A stretch of 63,741 nucleotides of DNA, counting the filler, from Choristocarpus tenellus KU-1152 (Eukaryota > Protista > Phaeophyceae): assembly GCA_964200185.2 (NCBI GenBank). It is 11 parts of 11 records of this genome, joined end to end, with 100 filler letters (N's around TTAATTAATTAA, not from the genome) between each part and the next. Parts side by side here need not be neighbours in the genome. Positions count along the whole stretch, not along the records: positions 1 to 6,853 come from CAXNAD020007213.1; positions 6,954 to 12,810 come from CAXNAD020009577.1; 9 more parts are not named here. The stretch is one strand, 5' to 3'. Each line of letters begins with the position of its first letter. The first letter of the stretch is position 1. This document shows positions 1 to 10,900 of this stretch, piece after piece. The translations under genes were made by a program, and so were the position numbers. Under the pieces are notes generated by a model. That model did no database searches. It was given only the letters and a program-made list of their open reading frames with translations, and had not been told where the DNA came from.

Positions 1-5
1 GGGAT

Positions 6-50
<45 letters not shown>
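6..50. repeat. Poly-G tract at contig end; (GT)n and (ATT)n microsatellites follow at about 250-335 and 570-600
   Basis: Directly visible. The ORF at 4..312 is a by-product. Confidence 0.9.
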
Positions 51-54
<4 letters not shown>

Positions 55-570
55 TCACAGAGTCGTGGCTCAAGGGATCTTCTTGCGTGTAACTGCGCCT
101 ATTTTTTAATGTTTTCATTTAACAGAATATTGACTGTTGTTTCACAAGACACTGATATGTGTGTGTATACGTATAGGATTACAGGGTTCTTTCTTTTTTA
201 TATCACCAATGCTCATGGTGTCTTGACTGAACCATCTCTCTTCTCACAGTGTGTGCGTGTGTGTGTTGTGTGTGTGTGGTTAGTAGCCGGTGCACAGATT
301 GTTGTCTGCTAGTGTGTGTGTGTGTGTGTGTGTGTAATTATATACTATTGTTAATCGTTTATTTCTTCTTTACAAAGGAGGCCTACACTCTACAAGGAAA
401 CTGCAGTTACATACTTGTTCGATAGAAATGGATAGAAGGGTGTGTTACATCTGAGTGGCTCCTTGTACAGGCCCCTTCCTTTTCACTCTCTTTCGATAGG
501 TTTTCATTTTTTTTACATCGTAAAAACGTAGGTTCCTAGTTCCTAGTTCTATCATTCTAATATTATTCTA

Positions 571-601
<31 letters not shown>

Positions 602-1863
602 GGTGTTGTTGTGCTAGGGGGCTTGCACTGCAGTACATTCACATGCAAGTGCTGATATCAAAAGCTACCGAGTTGTTTCATAATTTAGACACTTTTGTAT
701 GAAAGGGGGGTAGAAGACCTTGCAGCATCACAGGTTCTATATATATATTCTGGTTTTTCAAGTATGTACCAAGCATGACTAGAATTAGTAACATATGCAA
801 ATTATAATAATAGGGTTAGGGTTAGGGTTGGGGTTAGTACCTTGATGTGAAAAGTATCTGCCTAAAGACCTTTTATGCCCGTATGTATGTTCCCACCAGA
901 ATGGTCACATGCCATGGCCACTTGTCATCAAATATGGAAAACACTGAACTAATAAGGTGTTTGTACAGGCACTGCTTAGGCAGTTCCCACATGGATACAG
1001 GTTTTGCCCATGGTGTGTGGGGTTTTGCTGGGACATCTTGTGGAATCTGTGGTGCAGGGTATGCAATCAGCATTGAGTTTCTGTTGTGTTGGGAACATCT
1101 GTCGTAAACCATGGCAAACTTGGGTAGTGCTCCGGAGTGCTTGTTAAGTTTTGCGATGTTTTGATCTTGAGAAATTTCGTCAATTACGACAATGAGATTT
1201 AGTTGGGTTTTTTTTGTGAAATTTTATTTCGAAATGATGTTGTCATGACCAACTCTTACCATCAACTACACTGGAATCAAGTTCTCACTACCCCTTGAAA
1301 CCCTTCCCCCTTGGTCCTGATATCATAGGAATGGGATCCTTTTCTGCTGCTGGAGGAATAAAATCTGGAGAGAAGATGGTGACTGCAGTTGAAGCCCCAG
1401 ACACAGCTACTGCTCTGTTCCTGGCTGGGTTCAAGTCCTTTGCCAAGCCTGGTGGTTCGGACTTTGCTGTGAGATGGAGGGAGGGACTACTATTACTATC
1501 ATTATTTTTATATTATGTTCGTTAATATTATAGATATTTTAGCTGCTATTACAAAAATAACTATTGTTGCTACCATTGTTATTATTGCATGGTGGGGAAG
1601 AAGGAAGGAGAGGGGATTGGAATGGCACCAGCGGAAGATTATGGGGCTTGCATGTGACAGGTTTGATTCTAATCAATGGAAGTCATATTGTGATGGTAAT
1701 CATATCGAATTTTTCCATTGGAATGAAGATATCCTCTCTCCTGCAACCATTATTGTCCACAGATCCACCTCCACTAAACCCCCAACCCCTCAAAAATCCC
1801 AACCTTCATCCTAGCCTCCTTCCCACAGTAACACCCCTCCCTAACCACACCCATTATGCATAG

Positions 1864-4800
1864 GTTAATGCCCGCATTGATGATGACCCCGACCTGAGGT
1901 CTAGGTGGTGTCAAGCCAATGTCAGGTTCGGAACCTTCACAATCCGTACAGGGGACGCCTACTATGTCCCCGAGTCTGCTTTGCACGAGTTCATGAACCA
2001 TACTGCCTGCCTGAGTGTGGCCTGGAATCTGCTCCCCCCACCAAGTAACTGTCAGGATGCCTGGCGAATGGCAGCAGAAAGCATTGAGGAGGCCAAGTGG
2101 TACCTGTCTTCCACCCCCAATCGACTAAGAGGTGTCGTTGAGCACGCCCCCAAGCATCTCTTGGACAGTCGATACCAGGAGTGGGCATCATCAAGATTGA
2201 CAGCGAAGGTGAAAGGGGGTTGTGTTGAGGATAAAGGTTCAAAGATTGAGGCAAAGAGGGATGAGGATATGACTGCTGTGATAGTGGAAGCAGAACAAGA
2301 AGTAGAAGGTGGAGATATGGAGTTGGTAACAGTAGCTGCAACTACAGCCCCAGAACTAGGTGTGGCGGAGGCAGGCTTGGCAGAGGGGGCATTGTTGGAG
2401 GTTGTGACAAAGACGTCAGCGTTGAAAGAAACAAAAGTGAACCAAAGAATGGAAGGAGTATTGTCAGAGACAATGGCAGTGGTGTCAGGGATGAGGGATG
2501 CAGTAGGTGGGACTGGATCAATAAACACTGATGTGGGTGGTGATTCTGTGGTAGGAGTTGGAGAGGAGGAACCATCGACACAGGCTGCACCAGGTGCTGC
2601 ATGTGATCAGTTGTCTGGGGTTATGGTCGAGCCAAAGACCACACGTGTACAGTCACCAGAACATCCTTTGATGGAAGTAGAAGTGGATGATGCAGCACTT
2701 GTGAGAGGAGCAGTGGGTGTTGTTGTTGGTGGGACTGGGGGAAGAGCATCAGATCAGGTGGCAGAGACATTTACTGGTACTGCTGATGATGCTCTGAAAG
2801 AGAAGGTGGCGGCAGCTGACGTTGTGGTCAAGTCGGTCGCCACATCAATGCAAGCATTGGCAGCTCTTAATGGAGAAAATGTGGAACAGGGGGCATATCC
2901 ACTGACAGATTTGACAAGTTTGGGTGGAGTGGCAGGAGTTGTGCATCTACCTGGTGATGATGTTGAGGTTTATTGTTGTCCAAAGTCTCTAGCAAACACC
3001 TTGGTGCCTCGTAGCGATGAAACAGCTCTGGTGGTCTCAACAGCTCCAAGAGCTCCGATGATAGGCAAGTATCCATCGAGAGCACAAGGAGAGACTACTG
3101 CAGTGATCAGAGCAGAAGAGATGGGGGCATCACGAGTGTCTGTAGCGGCAACACCAGCAGCACCTCTAGAGGTAGAAGTAGAAGGAGATATGTTGATGGC
3201 AAATACTGTAGGAGTAACAATGGAATCCATGAAGGTAGAAGGTGTGGTTGCAGTGGCTGCAGCAACAAATGGTAAGGTCCACCTCATGACAGGGCACCAA
3301 GGCAGTTACAGGGATCAGGGTAAGGACGGCGAGAGCTGGCAGTGTACGCATGACAGAAAGAAGAAGATCGACATTCAGGAACACAACCATAGCATATATC
3401 ACCTTGGAAAAAGGTGTAGAGACAATATCAGCGCCAGGGTCAGGACCAAGGGGAGACAGAACTCTTGGAGGGACAAGGTGGACGGGAGTGGGAACCAGAC
3501 TGGGGGTGGGAAGGGAAGATATGGGGGAAGAGGTATTGGTGTGGATCAGCTAAGGTGTGGTCGGGACCAGGAATGTGATATGGACTGGTACAGAAGAACC
3601 AGTACTGGGGAAAGAAAGAGACCGAAAAATGACAGACTGTGGGAAAGGGACCGGAGTGTGGGTGAGGATCAGGACGTAGTTAAAGTGAATGGAGAACGAC
3701 ACAGGCAGGGACATGAAGCTGCTTGCTTGTTCGCCAAACCCAAGTTTGAGGCAAAGAACAAGGCCAAGGCCAGGGTTAGAGGATGTTGGTGGAAGGACAA
3801 TGTCAACTGGAAAGGGATTATGAATGAGGGCACCAATGTAAGGGACCAGGAAAGATACATGAGTGCAGGTGAGAGAATGACACACTGGGACCATGAATGG
3901 TATCCGGATAGGTACAGAGACAGTACAAATAGAGCAAAGAAGTCAAGAGAAAACAGTCTGTGGAGCAGAGAGTGGAGTCTGGCCTGGGATGGGAGAGGCA
4001 GGGAAGTTTGTACCCAGTCCCACAAACCTCATGGACAGCAGCCCAAGGTCATTGACAGAGGGTACTCTTGTCAGTACATGAAGAAGTGGAGGGGGAATGT
4101 GAATGAGGGTGGGGAAGGAAGGAATGAGGGAAGAGATGTTTGTGCGAGTCAGAGCAGTTGTGACCTTGACCAGAAATGGGACATAGGTTGTTACAGGGGC
4201 AAAGTGTTTGGGAGGGGAATGGAGCCAACAGGGAGCAGACTATGGGGCGGGAACGGGACTGAGGATGGAGAACAATGTGGTAATGGGTCTTCGTCCAGTT
4301 CTTGGTCTAAATCAGAATTGACGCAGGGTCAATTTGCCAGGAACAATGAGAGTCCCAGACTGTTTCGAGGTAGTGGTATGGGCTTTGAGAGGCAGGATGG
4401 GGAATTGTCAAGGTGGTGCAATGCAGGGATCTTTCCTGGAGGTGAGGGATGTTTATCATGGCAGAATTGTGAAAAAATGATTCACAGGCAGGATGGGAAT
4501 GCTTTTGAGCAGGTTGGTGAGCATAGCCTCTACAGAGGAGAGAGGGATGGTGACTTGAGATGTCATCAGGGTACCAATGTTTATGGACTGCAGCAGGTTG
4601 CTGAAGAAAACTCAGAGCTACACCCAAGGTACAGAAGAGCGTACAAGTCCATACCTGGATCAGATGTGACACTGGAGCGTGTTGTTGCACGAAAGTGCAG
4701 GATGACCTTGGGAGGGGGCAGTGATGCAGACCTGCGGAGTCAACCTGGAGGTGCTTGGTGTGGGGACGGTGATCAAAATCTGCAGAGGCGAGATAGAGTT

Positions 4801-6387
4801 TCTCAGCGTCATGACAGTGATACTGCTTCATATAGGCAGGGTGGTGATGCCTGGTGGCTGCACAACGTGAATTGCCTGCAGAGGACGAATAGAGGCCACA
4901 GCTCAGACAGAGCTATTGAAGACAGAGGTGGTCATGGGTCGAGGGAGAACTTGGCGAGGGGGCTGTACAATTTACGAGGTAGTGATGTTGGATACTCCCA
5001 CTGTAATCCTGATCTCCCAATCTTCAAGGCAGAGAACAGCCTCTCGGGGCTTGTTGGAATTGACTGTTCAAGCAACACCGTGGAAGTCAAAGGTGGTGGG
5101 TGGCCTGATATCTGGGAAAGAGACATCAGGAACCACTGCAGGACTGGGATTGTTAGGGAGAACAGTTTTTATGTCTATGGTTTAGGGCAGGGCATGCACA
5201 AAAAACAGGTTGATGTAGGATTCTCCCACTACAAACATCATGTCCCATTCCGCATGGGAGGGAACAGCTTCCACAGGCTAGATGGCTCAAGAAACGCCGT
5301 GGAAACCAAAGGTGGTGCGTGGTCTCATGAATGGGAAAGAGGCATCAGGAACCACCACAGGACTGGGATTGTGGGGGAGAACAGTTTTTATGCTAATGGC
5401 TTAGTGCAGGGCCTGCACAACAAACAGGTTGATGTAGGATTCTCCCACTACAAACAAACTTGTGTCCCATTCCGTATGGGAGGGAACAGCTTCCACAGGC
5501 TAGATAGCTCAAGCAACAATATTGAAGGTGAAGGGGACGGTGAGTCCAGGAAAAACAGTGACTGTATGGATGGAGACTGGGGGGGGGGAGTGCTTAGCAA
5601 ACCAGGTGGTGATGCTATGTTATGTCACCGTGAACCTTATACCCCAATCCTTGTGGCAGAGAACATCCCCCAGAGGCTGATTGGACCTGGCAGTGCAATT
5701 AACTCCAGAGAAGCCAAAGGTGATGAGTGGTACAGTGGGTGGGAAAGGGGTATCAGGAACCACTGTAGGGTTTGTATAGTGGGGGAGAATAGTGCCTATG
5801 TGGATGGCTTTGGGCAGGACCTGAGCGTTCAACAGATTGATGATGTAGCATTCTACCATTGCAAGCCTGATGTCCCAAAGCTCATTTCAGAAAACAGCCT
5901 CCAAAGACCAAATGGAGTTCATGGGTCAAGCAAAACTGTTAAAGGTGGACAGGGTGATGGGTCCAGAGAGAGGAGTGACTGTATTGGTAGAGACTGGGGG
6001 TGGGCGCTGCATAGGAAATCAGGTAATGTAATCAATAAATCTCACCGTGAGCCTGATGTCCCAATGCTCAACAGCTTCCAGAGGCTGAGTGGATGTGTCA
6101 ATACAAGCAGCACCATGAAAGGCAGTTGTGGCAAGTGGTCCTGTGAGTGGGAAAGGGGCATCAGCAATCACAGGAGGACTTGTATTGTGGGGGAGAGCAG
6201 TCTCTATGTGGATATAGAATTGGGGGGGGATATGCACAGCAAAAGGGGCAAATATGAGGAATTGTACCACCACAAGCATGATGCCCCAAACCTCATGGCA
6301 GGAAACAGCCTCCAACGACCAAACGAAATTGATACTTCAAGTATCACTATGGAAAGTAGAGGGGATGATAAAAGACGAAGGGGATGA
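1864..6387 (+). CDS. Terminal exon (about 4.5 kb) of a JmjC/cupin-like, RSBN1/DPY-21-like protein with a long low-complexity and tandem-repeat C-terminus; 5' exons not identified
   Basis: An acceptor TAG at 1861-1863 opens a frame continuous with ORF 1981..6387. It begins VNARIDDDPDLRSRWCQANVRFGTFTIRTGDAYYVPESALHEFMNHTACLSVAWNL, matching the JmjC C-terminal GDxxxxPxxxxHxxxN...SVAW pattern and resembling RSBN1 as recalled. Confidence 0.65.
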   Translation, partial: VNARIDDDPDLRSRWCQANVRFGTFTIRTGDAYYVPESALHEFMNHTACLSVAWNLLPPPSNCQDAWRMAAESIEEAKWYLSSTPNRLRGVVEHAPKHLLDSRYQEWASSRLTAKVKGGCVEDKGSKIEAKRDEDMTAVIVEAEQEVEGGDMELVTVAATTAPELGVAEAGLAEGALLEVVTKTSALKETKVNQRMEGVLSETMAVVSGMRDAVGGTGSINTDVGGDSVVGVGEEEPSTQAAPGAACDQLSGVMVEPKTTRVQSPEHPLMEVEVDDAALVRGAVGVVVGGTGGRASDQVAETFTGTADDALKEKVAAADVVVKSVATSMQALAALNGENVEQGAYPLTDLTSLGGVAGVVHLPGDDVEVYCCPKSLANTLVPRSDETALVVSTAPRAPMIGKYPSRAQGETTAVIRAEEMGASRVSVAATPAAPLEVEVEGDMLMANTVGVTMESMKVEGVVAVAAATNGKVHLMTGHQGSYRDQGKDGESWQCTHDRKKKIDIQEHNHSIYHLGKRCRDNISARVRTKGRQNSWRDKVDGSGNQTGGGKGRYGGRGIGVDQLRCGRDQECDMDWYRRTSTGERKRPKNDRLWERDRSVGEDQDVVKVNGERHRQGHEAACLFAKPKFEAKNKAKARVRGCWWKDNVNWKGIMNEGTNVRDQERYMSAGERMTHWDHEWYPDRYRDSTNRAKKSRENSLWSREWSLAWDGRGREVCTQSHKPHGQQPKVIDRGYSCQYMKKWRGNVNEGGEGRNEGRDVCASQSSCDLDQKWDIGCYRGKVFGRGMEPTGSRLWGGNGTEDGEQCGNGSSSSSWSKSELTQGQFARNNESPRLFRGSGMGFERQDGELSRWCNAGIFPGGEGCLSWQNCEKMIHRQDGNAFEQVGEHSLYRGERDGDLRCHQGTNVYGLQQVAEENSELHPRYRRAYKSIPGSDVTLERVVARKCRMTLGGGSDADLRSQPGGAWCGDGDQNLQRRDRVSQRHDSDTASYRQGGDAWWLHNVNCLQRTNRGHSSDRAIEDRGGHGSRENLARGLYNLRGSDVGYSHCNPDLPIFKAENSLSGLVGIDCSSNTVEVKGGGWPDIWERDIRNHCRTGIVRENSFYVYGLGQGMHKKQVDVGFSHYKHHVPFRMGGNSFHRLDGSRNAVETKGGAWSHEWERGIRNHHRTGIVGENSFYANGLVQGLHNKQVDVGFSHYKQTCVPFRMGGNSFHRLDSSSNNIEGEGDGESRKNSDCMDGDWGGGVLSKPGGDAMLCHREPYTPILVAENIPQRLIGPGSAINSREAKGDEWYSGWERGIRNHCRVCIVGENSAYVDGFGQDLSVQQIDDVAFYHCKPDVPKLISENSLQRPNGVHGSSKTVKGGQGDGSRERSDCIGRDWGWALHRKSGNVINKSHREPDVPMLNSFQRLSGCVNTSSTMKGSCGKWSCEWERGISNHRRTCIVGESSLYVDIELGGDMHSKRGKYEELYHHKHDAPNLMAGNSLQRPNEIDTSSITMESRGDDKRRRG

Positions 6388-6853
6388 TATGTCCAAGGAG
6401 AATAGTACCCATGTGGATGGAGGATGGGGGGGGAATTTCATAGCAAATAATGTCATGTTGTCCCATCTTGAGCCCAATGCCCCAATCCTGGAAGAGAATA
6501 AGAGCCTCCGGAACCCACTTGGAGCTACTTGTTCCAGCAACATTGTGGAATGCAAAGGTAATGAGTGATGTAGGGATGAACATTGGAAATGACTGCAGGA
6601 ATTGTATGTTGGGAAAGACAATGGCTTGGTAGATGGAGACATGGAGAGGGGCCTGCACAGCAACCAGGGTGATGGTATTAGCATTCTCCCACCGAGAAAC
6701 TGAGACTCCAATCCTCATGGCAGAGAATATACCTTAAACACCAATTGATGGTGGCAGTTCAAGCAACACAGTGGAAGGGAAGGTGGTAATGGGTCCAGAG
6801 GCTGGGGAAGCACATTGGGAACCACTACAAACAACATTGGGTGGGGAGGGGAG
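4900..6853 (+). repeat. Degenerate coding tandem repeat with alternating long (about 73-78 aa) and short (about 60 aa) units, continuing past the stop codon
   Basis: WERGIRNHxRTxIVGENS and HxxPDxPxxxxENSL motifs recur; near-identical copies about 219 bp apart at about 5080-5290 and 5299-5512. Confidence 0.9.
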
Positions 6854-6953
6854 NNNNNNNNNNNNNNNNNNNNNNNNNNNNNNNNNNNNNNNNNNNNTTA
6901 ATTAATTAANNNNNNNNNNNNNNNNNNNNNNNNNNNNNNNNNNNNNNNNNNNN
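6854..6953. other. Artificial contig-joining spacer; identical spacers at 12811-12910, 16868-16967, 19900-19999, 24063-24162, 26742-26841, 29624-29723, 44489-44588, 52272-52371, 56090-56189
   Basis: Ten identical 100-nt blocks (44 N + TTAATTAATTAA + 44 N); the 12-mer places stop codons in all six frames. Confidence 0.98.
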
Positions 6954-7920
6954 GGAGCTAAGGAAGCATCCCAAGAATCCAACAGACCCCTCCTTGCCCA
7001 TCTCCCTGGTGACTCTAGCTTATTTATTTATTCTTCACACACTTCCTTTCCGCTTGTTTTCCTATTTTATATGATATAATGCTTATTTTTATTATTATGC
7101 CCAATGACATTTTCGAGATAAAATACAACATTTGTCTCTATGATAACGCCTCCAAAAGCATTTTTCGAGAAGATGGTTCAGTCCTGTCTTGTCAACCCCT
7201 CTTCACTCCTCCATCCATCAAATCATTGAGGCTTCCACAGCAGGTGCGAATGAAGGAGGTTCGTGAGAGAACGAAGAAATATCTATCTTAATCGAAGAGT
7301 TGCTTGTATAGGATTCACATGGTTTGTGCGACTATACATGTGGTCCGGTGGGGATTCCTGAGCGAAAATCATGGTTCGTCCTTCAGAAACTGGACCACTT
7401 GAACATCTCATGCCCCACAGAAAATGGAGAGGAAGATCGTCAAGCCTCCCTCAATCAAGATAAACTATTGCAACACTTATTTTTATTGCTTGTCTTACAA
7501 TAAGAACGCCATTTTGTAAGGACATCGTGATCTCTTCTCGATCGTATCCCCCAATTTCCTTGTCAGGGCTAAACTACCCCATAGCGCTACAGTGCTTCAT
7601 GTTCTATGGAACAGGGGGGTTCATTCTCGATGTTTGCGTTAAACACCTTCCTTTGGGATTTGAAGTATTTCATTCTAAATGTTGCTGCCATTCTGTGAGG
7701 GTTTGATATCCTGGGAAGCCCATACCATAGGCCTCGACACTCTGAAATCGCAGTTCCTGATCGTGTGATAGTTGTTCCCCGTTGAAGGTACCTGCATTCG
7801 AGCTATATGCATTACTCTCTTTGGTCAACCTCGTCCTTGCACTGTTTGCTCCTTATCCCCTGTCAAAGGCACACTCCTAACGAGCTCGAGACTTTGAAGA
7901 TACGGTTCATCTATCCAAAG

Positions 7921-10900
7921 ATGGGAGGAATGACAGAATTGGCTGAGGCGAAGAATCTCCTAGCCATGGCTAAGGTGCAGTTGTGCATTGGTTGCAAGTA
8001 AAATGGTAACACACAGTTTCATCTGAATCCTGCTGAGATTGTAATGTAGCATCAGGGTAGGAATCGGGTTTGGTGCTTGCCTTTGGACGAAAATATTTGA
8101 TCTTTTACCTTCTCTCACGCCATCGCCTGAAGTACCGCGTTGTGTTTGAAGTCCCGCACCTTACTGGAGGCTGTTGAGTGCCAAAGGGATGTTCCAGGGT
8201 GACTCGGCCATGCATGTTCTTCAGGTGTATATGCACGAAGAAATATGCATCATGTGGGCCTCGAATGGGCAATGAACTTGGTCAACGTGTGAAATATTCC
8301 TCGTTTTGTCATGAGTGGAATCTTTTAAGTCAACTTCCATGCCTCATCTAACCTGTACTCTTGTTCCCCACCTTGCCAGTACAAGTATCACCAACCGTGG
8401 CCCTCGTTCAGTCCAACTTCAACTTAAGTAGTCGGTTCTATTACCAAACAAAATTGAACCTATCCCAACCTGAAAATATGTGCTGTACAGGGTGTTCGTG
8501 TCAAAGAGGCCCTGTCCAACTTGGTTGAGGTACTTGAGCGAGAGTCTACTGATGATGGTCAAGAGCAACCTCAACAGGAAATACCTGAGGCAGAGATGAC
8601 AGAAGCCCCTGCTGAGGGTGCAGGTACTGAATCGGCAGGTGTTCGAGATATTGCTGCCAATATGACTAAGGAAGAAAAAAATGAATTGGGAGGAGTTTGT
8701 GGCGTGGGGATGGTAGATAGTTCAAACATTTCATCACAGATGGTGGGGTCAGCACCTGTGTCATCTGTGGCACCAGAAGCAGGAGGATCTTCCACAAGGT
8801 GAGGCATGACAGATGATGGTAGTGGCCCTTCTGCCACTTGAAATATGACCCAAAACCTAACATAGGGTGAAGAATGCCTGTGACTCGAGACTTGGACAAG
8901 ACTACATGATATGGTACACTACAGTCCTTCACAAAATGAAGAACAAGACTGAAGTTTTTATTGAGAGTACTGTGGACCCCTTAAGGCAGGCTCTAATTCA
9001 TCGCCAACCTATATTGGCAGACAAGTGTGTAGCAAGTGGGGGTGTTGATTATGTCAAGAAACACTCTTTTGCAGTTGTAGCAGAAACCATTGAACACATA
9101 GAAGTATTTATAGTATACTTCAACAACTACAGTGAAGCCAAATAACCTGATTCGTGCTGGGACCACCTGAGGTGATGTTATTGTGGTTGTAGTGTGAACC
9201 TTTTGGTGGCCCTTGTATTAAAAGTTGATTGAATGGTAGAAGTGTTTCCGAAGAAGGCTTCTTGTTGAGAGGAAGGGGAAAACGGAAAGGATCATGTGAG
9301 AAGAGGTTGTGTTTGACTTCAAGATGAGGATATGAGGGCAATACTTGTAACCTTTTTTTTCAGACAACAGTACTGCACCTTTGTGCTGGAAGCATGGAAT
9401 AGGATTGGATTGGTAGGTTAGGTTGATCTAATTGACCAGGATGCTGAAAGAGATGGTCCTCAGTAATGTTGATAACACCCAGCTTCAATGACCTCTTCTT
9501 GCACCTCTAATGATGTTGAGTAAAGATTGCATATCTTGATTGTGTCATATTTTTTGGTGTGAGTTAAAGGGTGTGATACGTCAACTAAGATGGCCAGGTA
9601 TCAGAACAGAAACAATCGCCATGCTTAAGCTGGATAGGTGGTAGTACATGGTGCATATGTTAAATGTAGTGCTGTGAATTGCAACAGTTCAATCAGCTTC
9701 AGACTGATTGATTAGAAAAGCCAATTAACTGAAGTGAAAAGTTAGGTGACTTGTTTTTATTTTCATTACAAGCAAAAGTGTGACTACTGAACTTGTCAGA
9801 GTTCACAGAACCCCATATTTGCTACAAAGTGTCACTACCCACAACTCCCTACACATTTCACTGTTCGTGGCTTTGGATCTGCCTGCTGAGACCTGTGGAG
9901 GTTTTTGGAATTTTTGCCTCGGGTGGCAACAGGCCGTGAACCTGCGTGCATATTGAATGTGTTACCTCATGCACTGAAGGTTCAATCTGAAGTTAGTGAG
10001 TAGAGCTTCTAGCATATATAATTTTACCCATAAATTATTTCGCTTCACAACACTAGTTAATACCATTTATTAAAAAAATATGTGTAACACATCATAAAAT
10101 GGGTCTCAAGGTGCTCACTTTGCTAGTTCTGCATTTTTGTAATGTGTGCTCCCACTCTAAAAGGTCTCGCAAAGCAAGTGAATATTTGGACCATGTTTTC
10201 TCCTGGTTAATGGTTTTCTATACTATGATAGTATTAGAGCTCCACATCTTTACCTTCATTGTAGGCTTTCACACTCACTCTCCTACCAGCATGTACTCAT
10301 TACCCTACCCTACTGTATCCTTACAATGATACCTAGACTCATCTCTGGTGCTGCTCCTGTTCCTTACTTATTTCAAGGTTTGCTACAATCAGCACCTATG
10401 CCTGGGATCAGGGAGAATACAACTCCCCGTGGGTGACTGTGTATGTGACACTGGAAGGGGTGGGATCATGTAAGGAGGGAGTGACATGCGAATTCTCGAA
10501 GCAAGGATTCGATCTTAGGTGGGTGTTTTGAAATGACCTTATGAAAGAGTTTTTGTGGTTGCCGCATTGGAGTTTACTAAGATGTGTTCTCATGGTTGGG
10601 CTTTATTTGTGCATTTGTCCAAATGTCTTGAGTGTGCCACTAGTGATAACAGCGCATTCCTGGCGTTGATAGTGGTTCTCTCTGTGAACCTTGCAATCTT
10701 ACCTTGAGTAGTCCCTGCCTTGATGTGCCACTTGGAGGAAAGTTAAAGTTGGAACATTTCAGAGTAGTACAACTTCCCCTCAATTGATCTAATATCATTA
10801 ACCTTTTTTACAAAATTTCATCCATAGTCTCACTACAAAATTACAAAATAGCTGATAAACCCAGTGCAGCATTTCCAAAAAGCACGATGCAGGATTACTT

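Noticed and set aside
5080-6853. CRISPR-like or other repeat-spacer array
   Set aside because: Units are long, degenerate and contiguous with no unique spacers; no cas genes; eukaryotic context.
6898-6909. Recurrent palindrome TTAATTAATTAA, and any gene-cluster reading across the window
   Set aside because: Synthetic six-frame-stop linker inside N runs; the contigs are not known to be adjacent.
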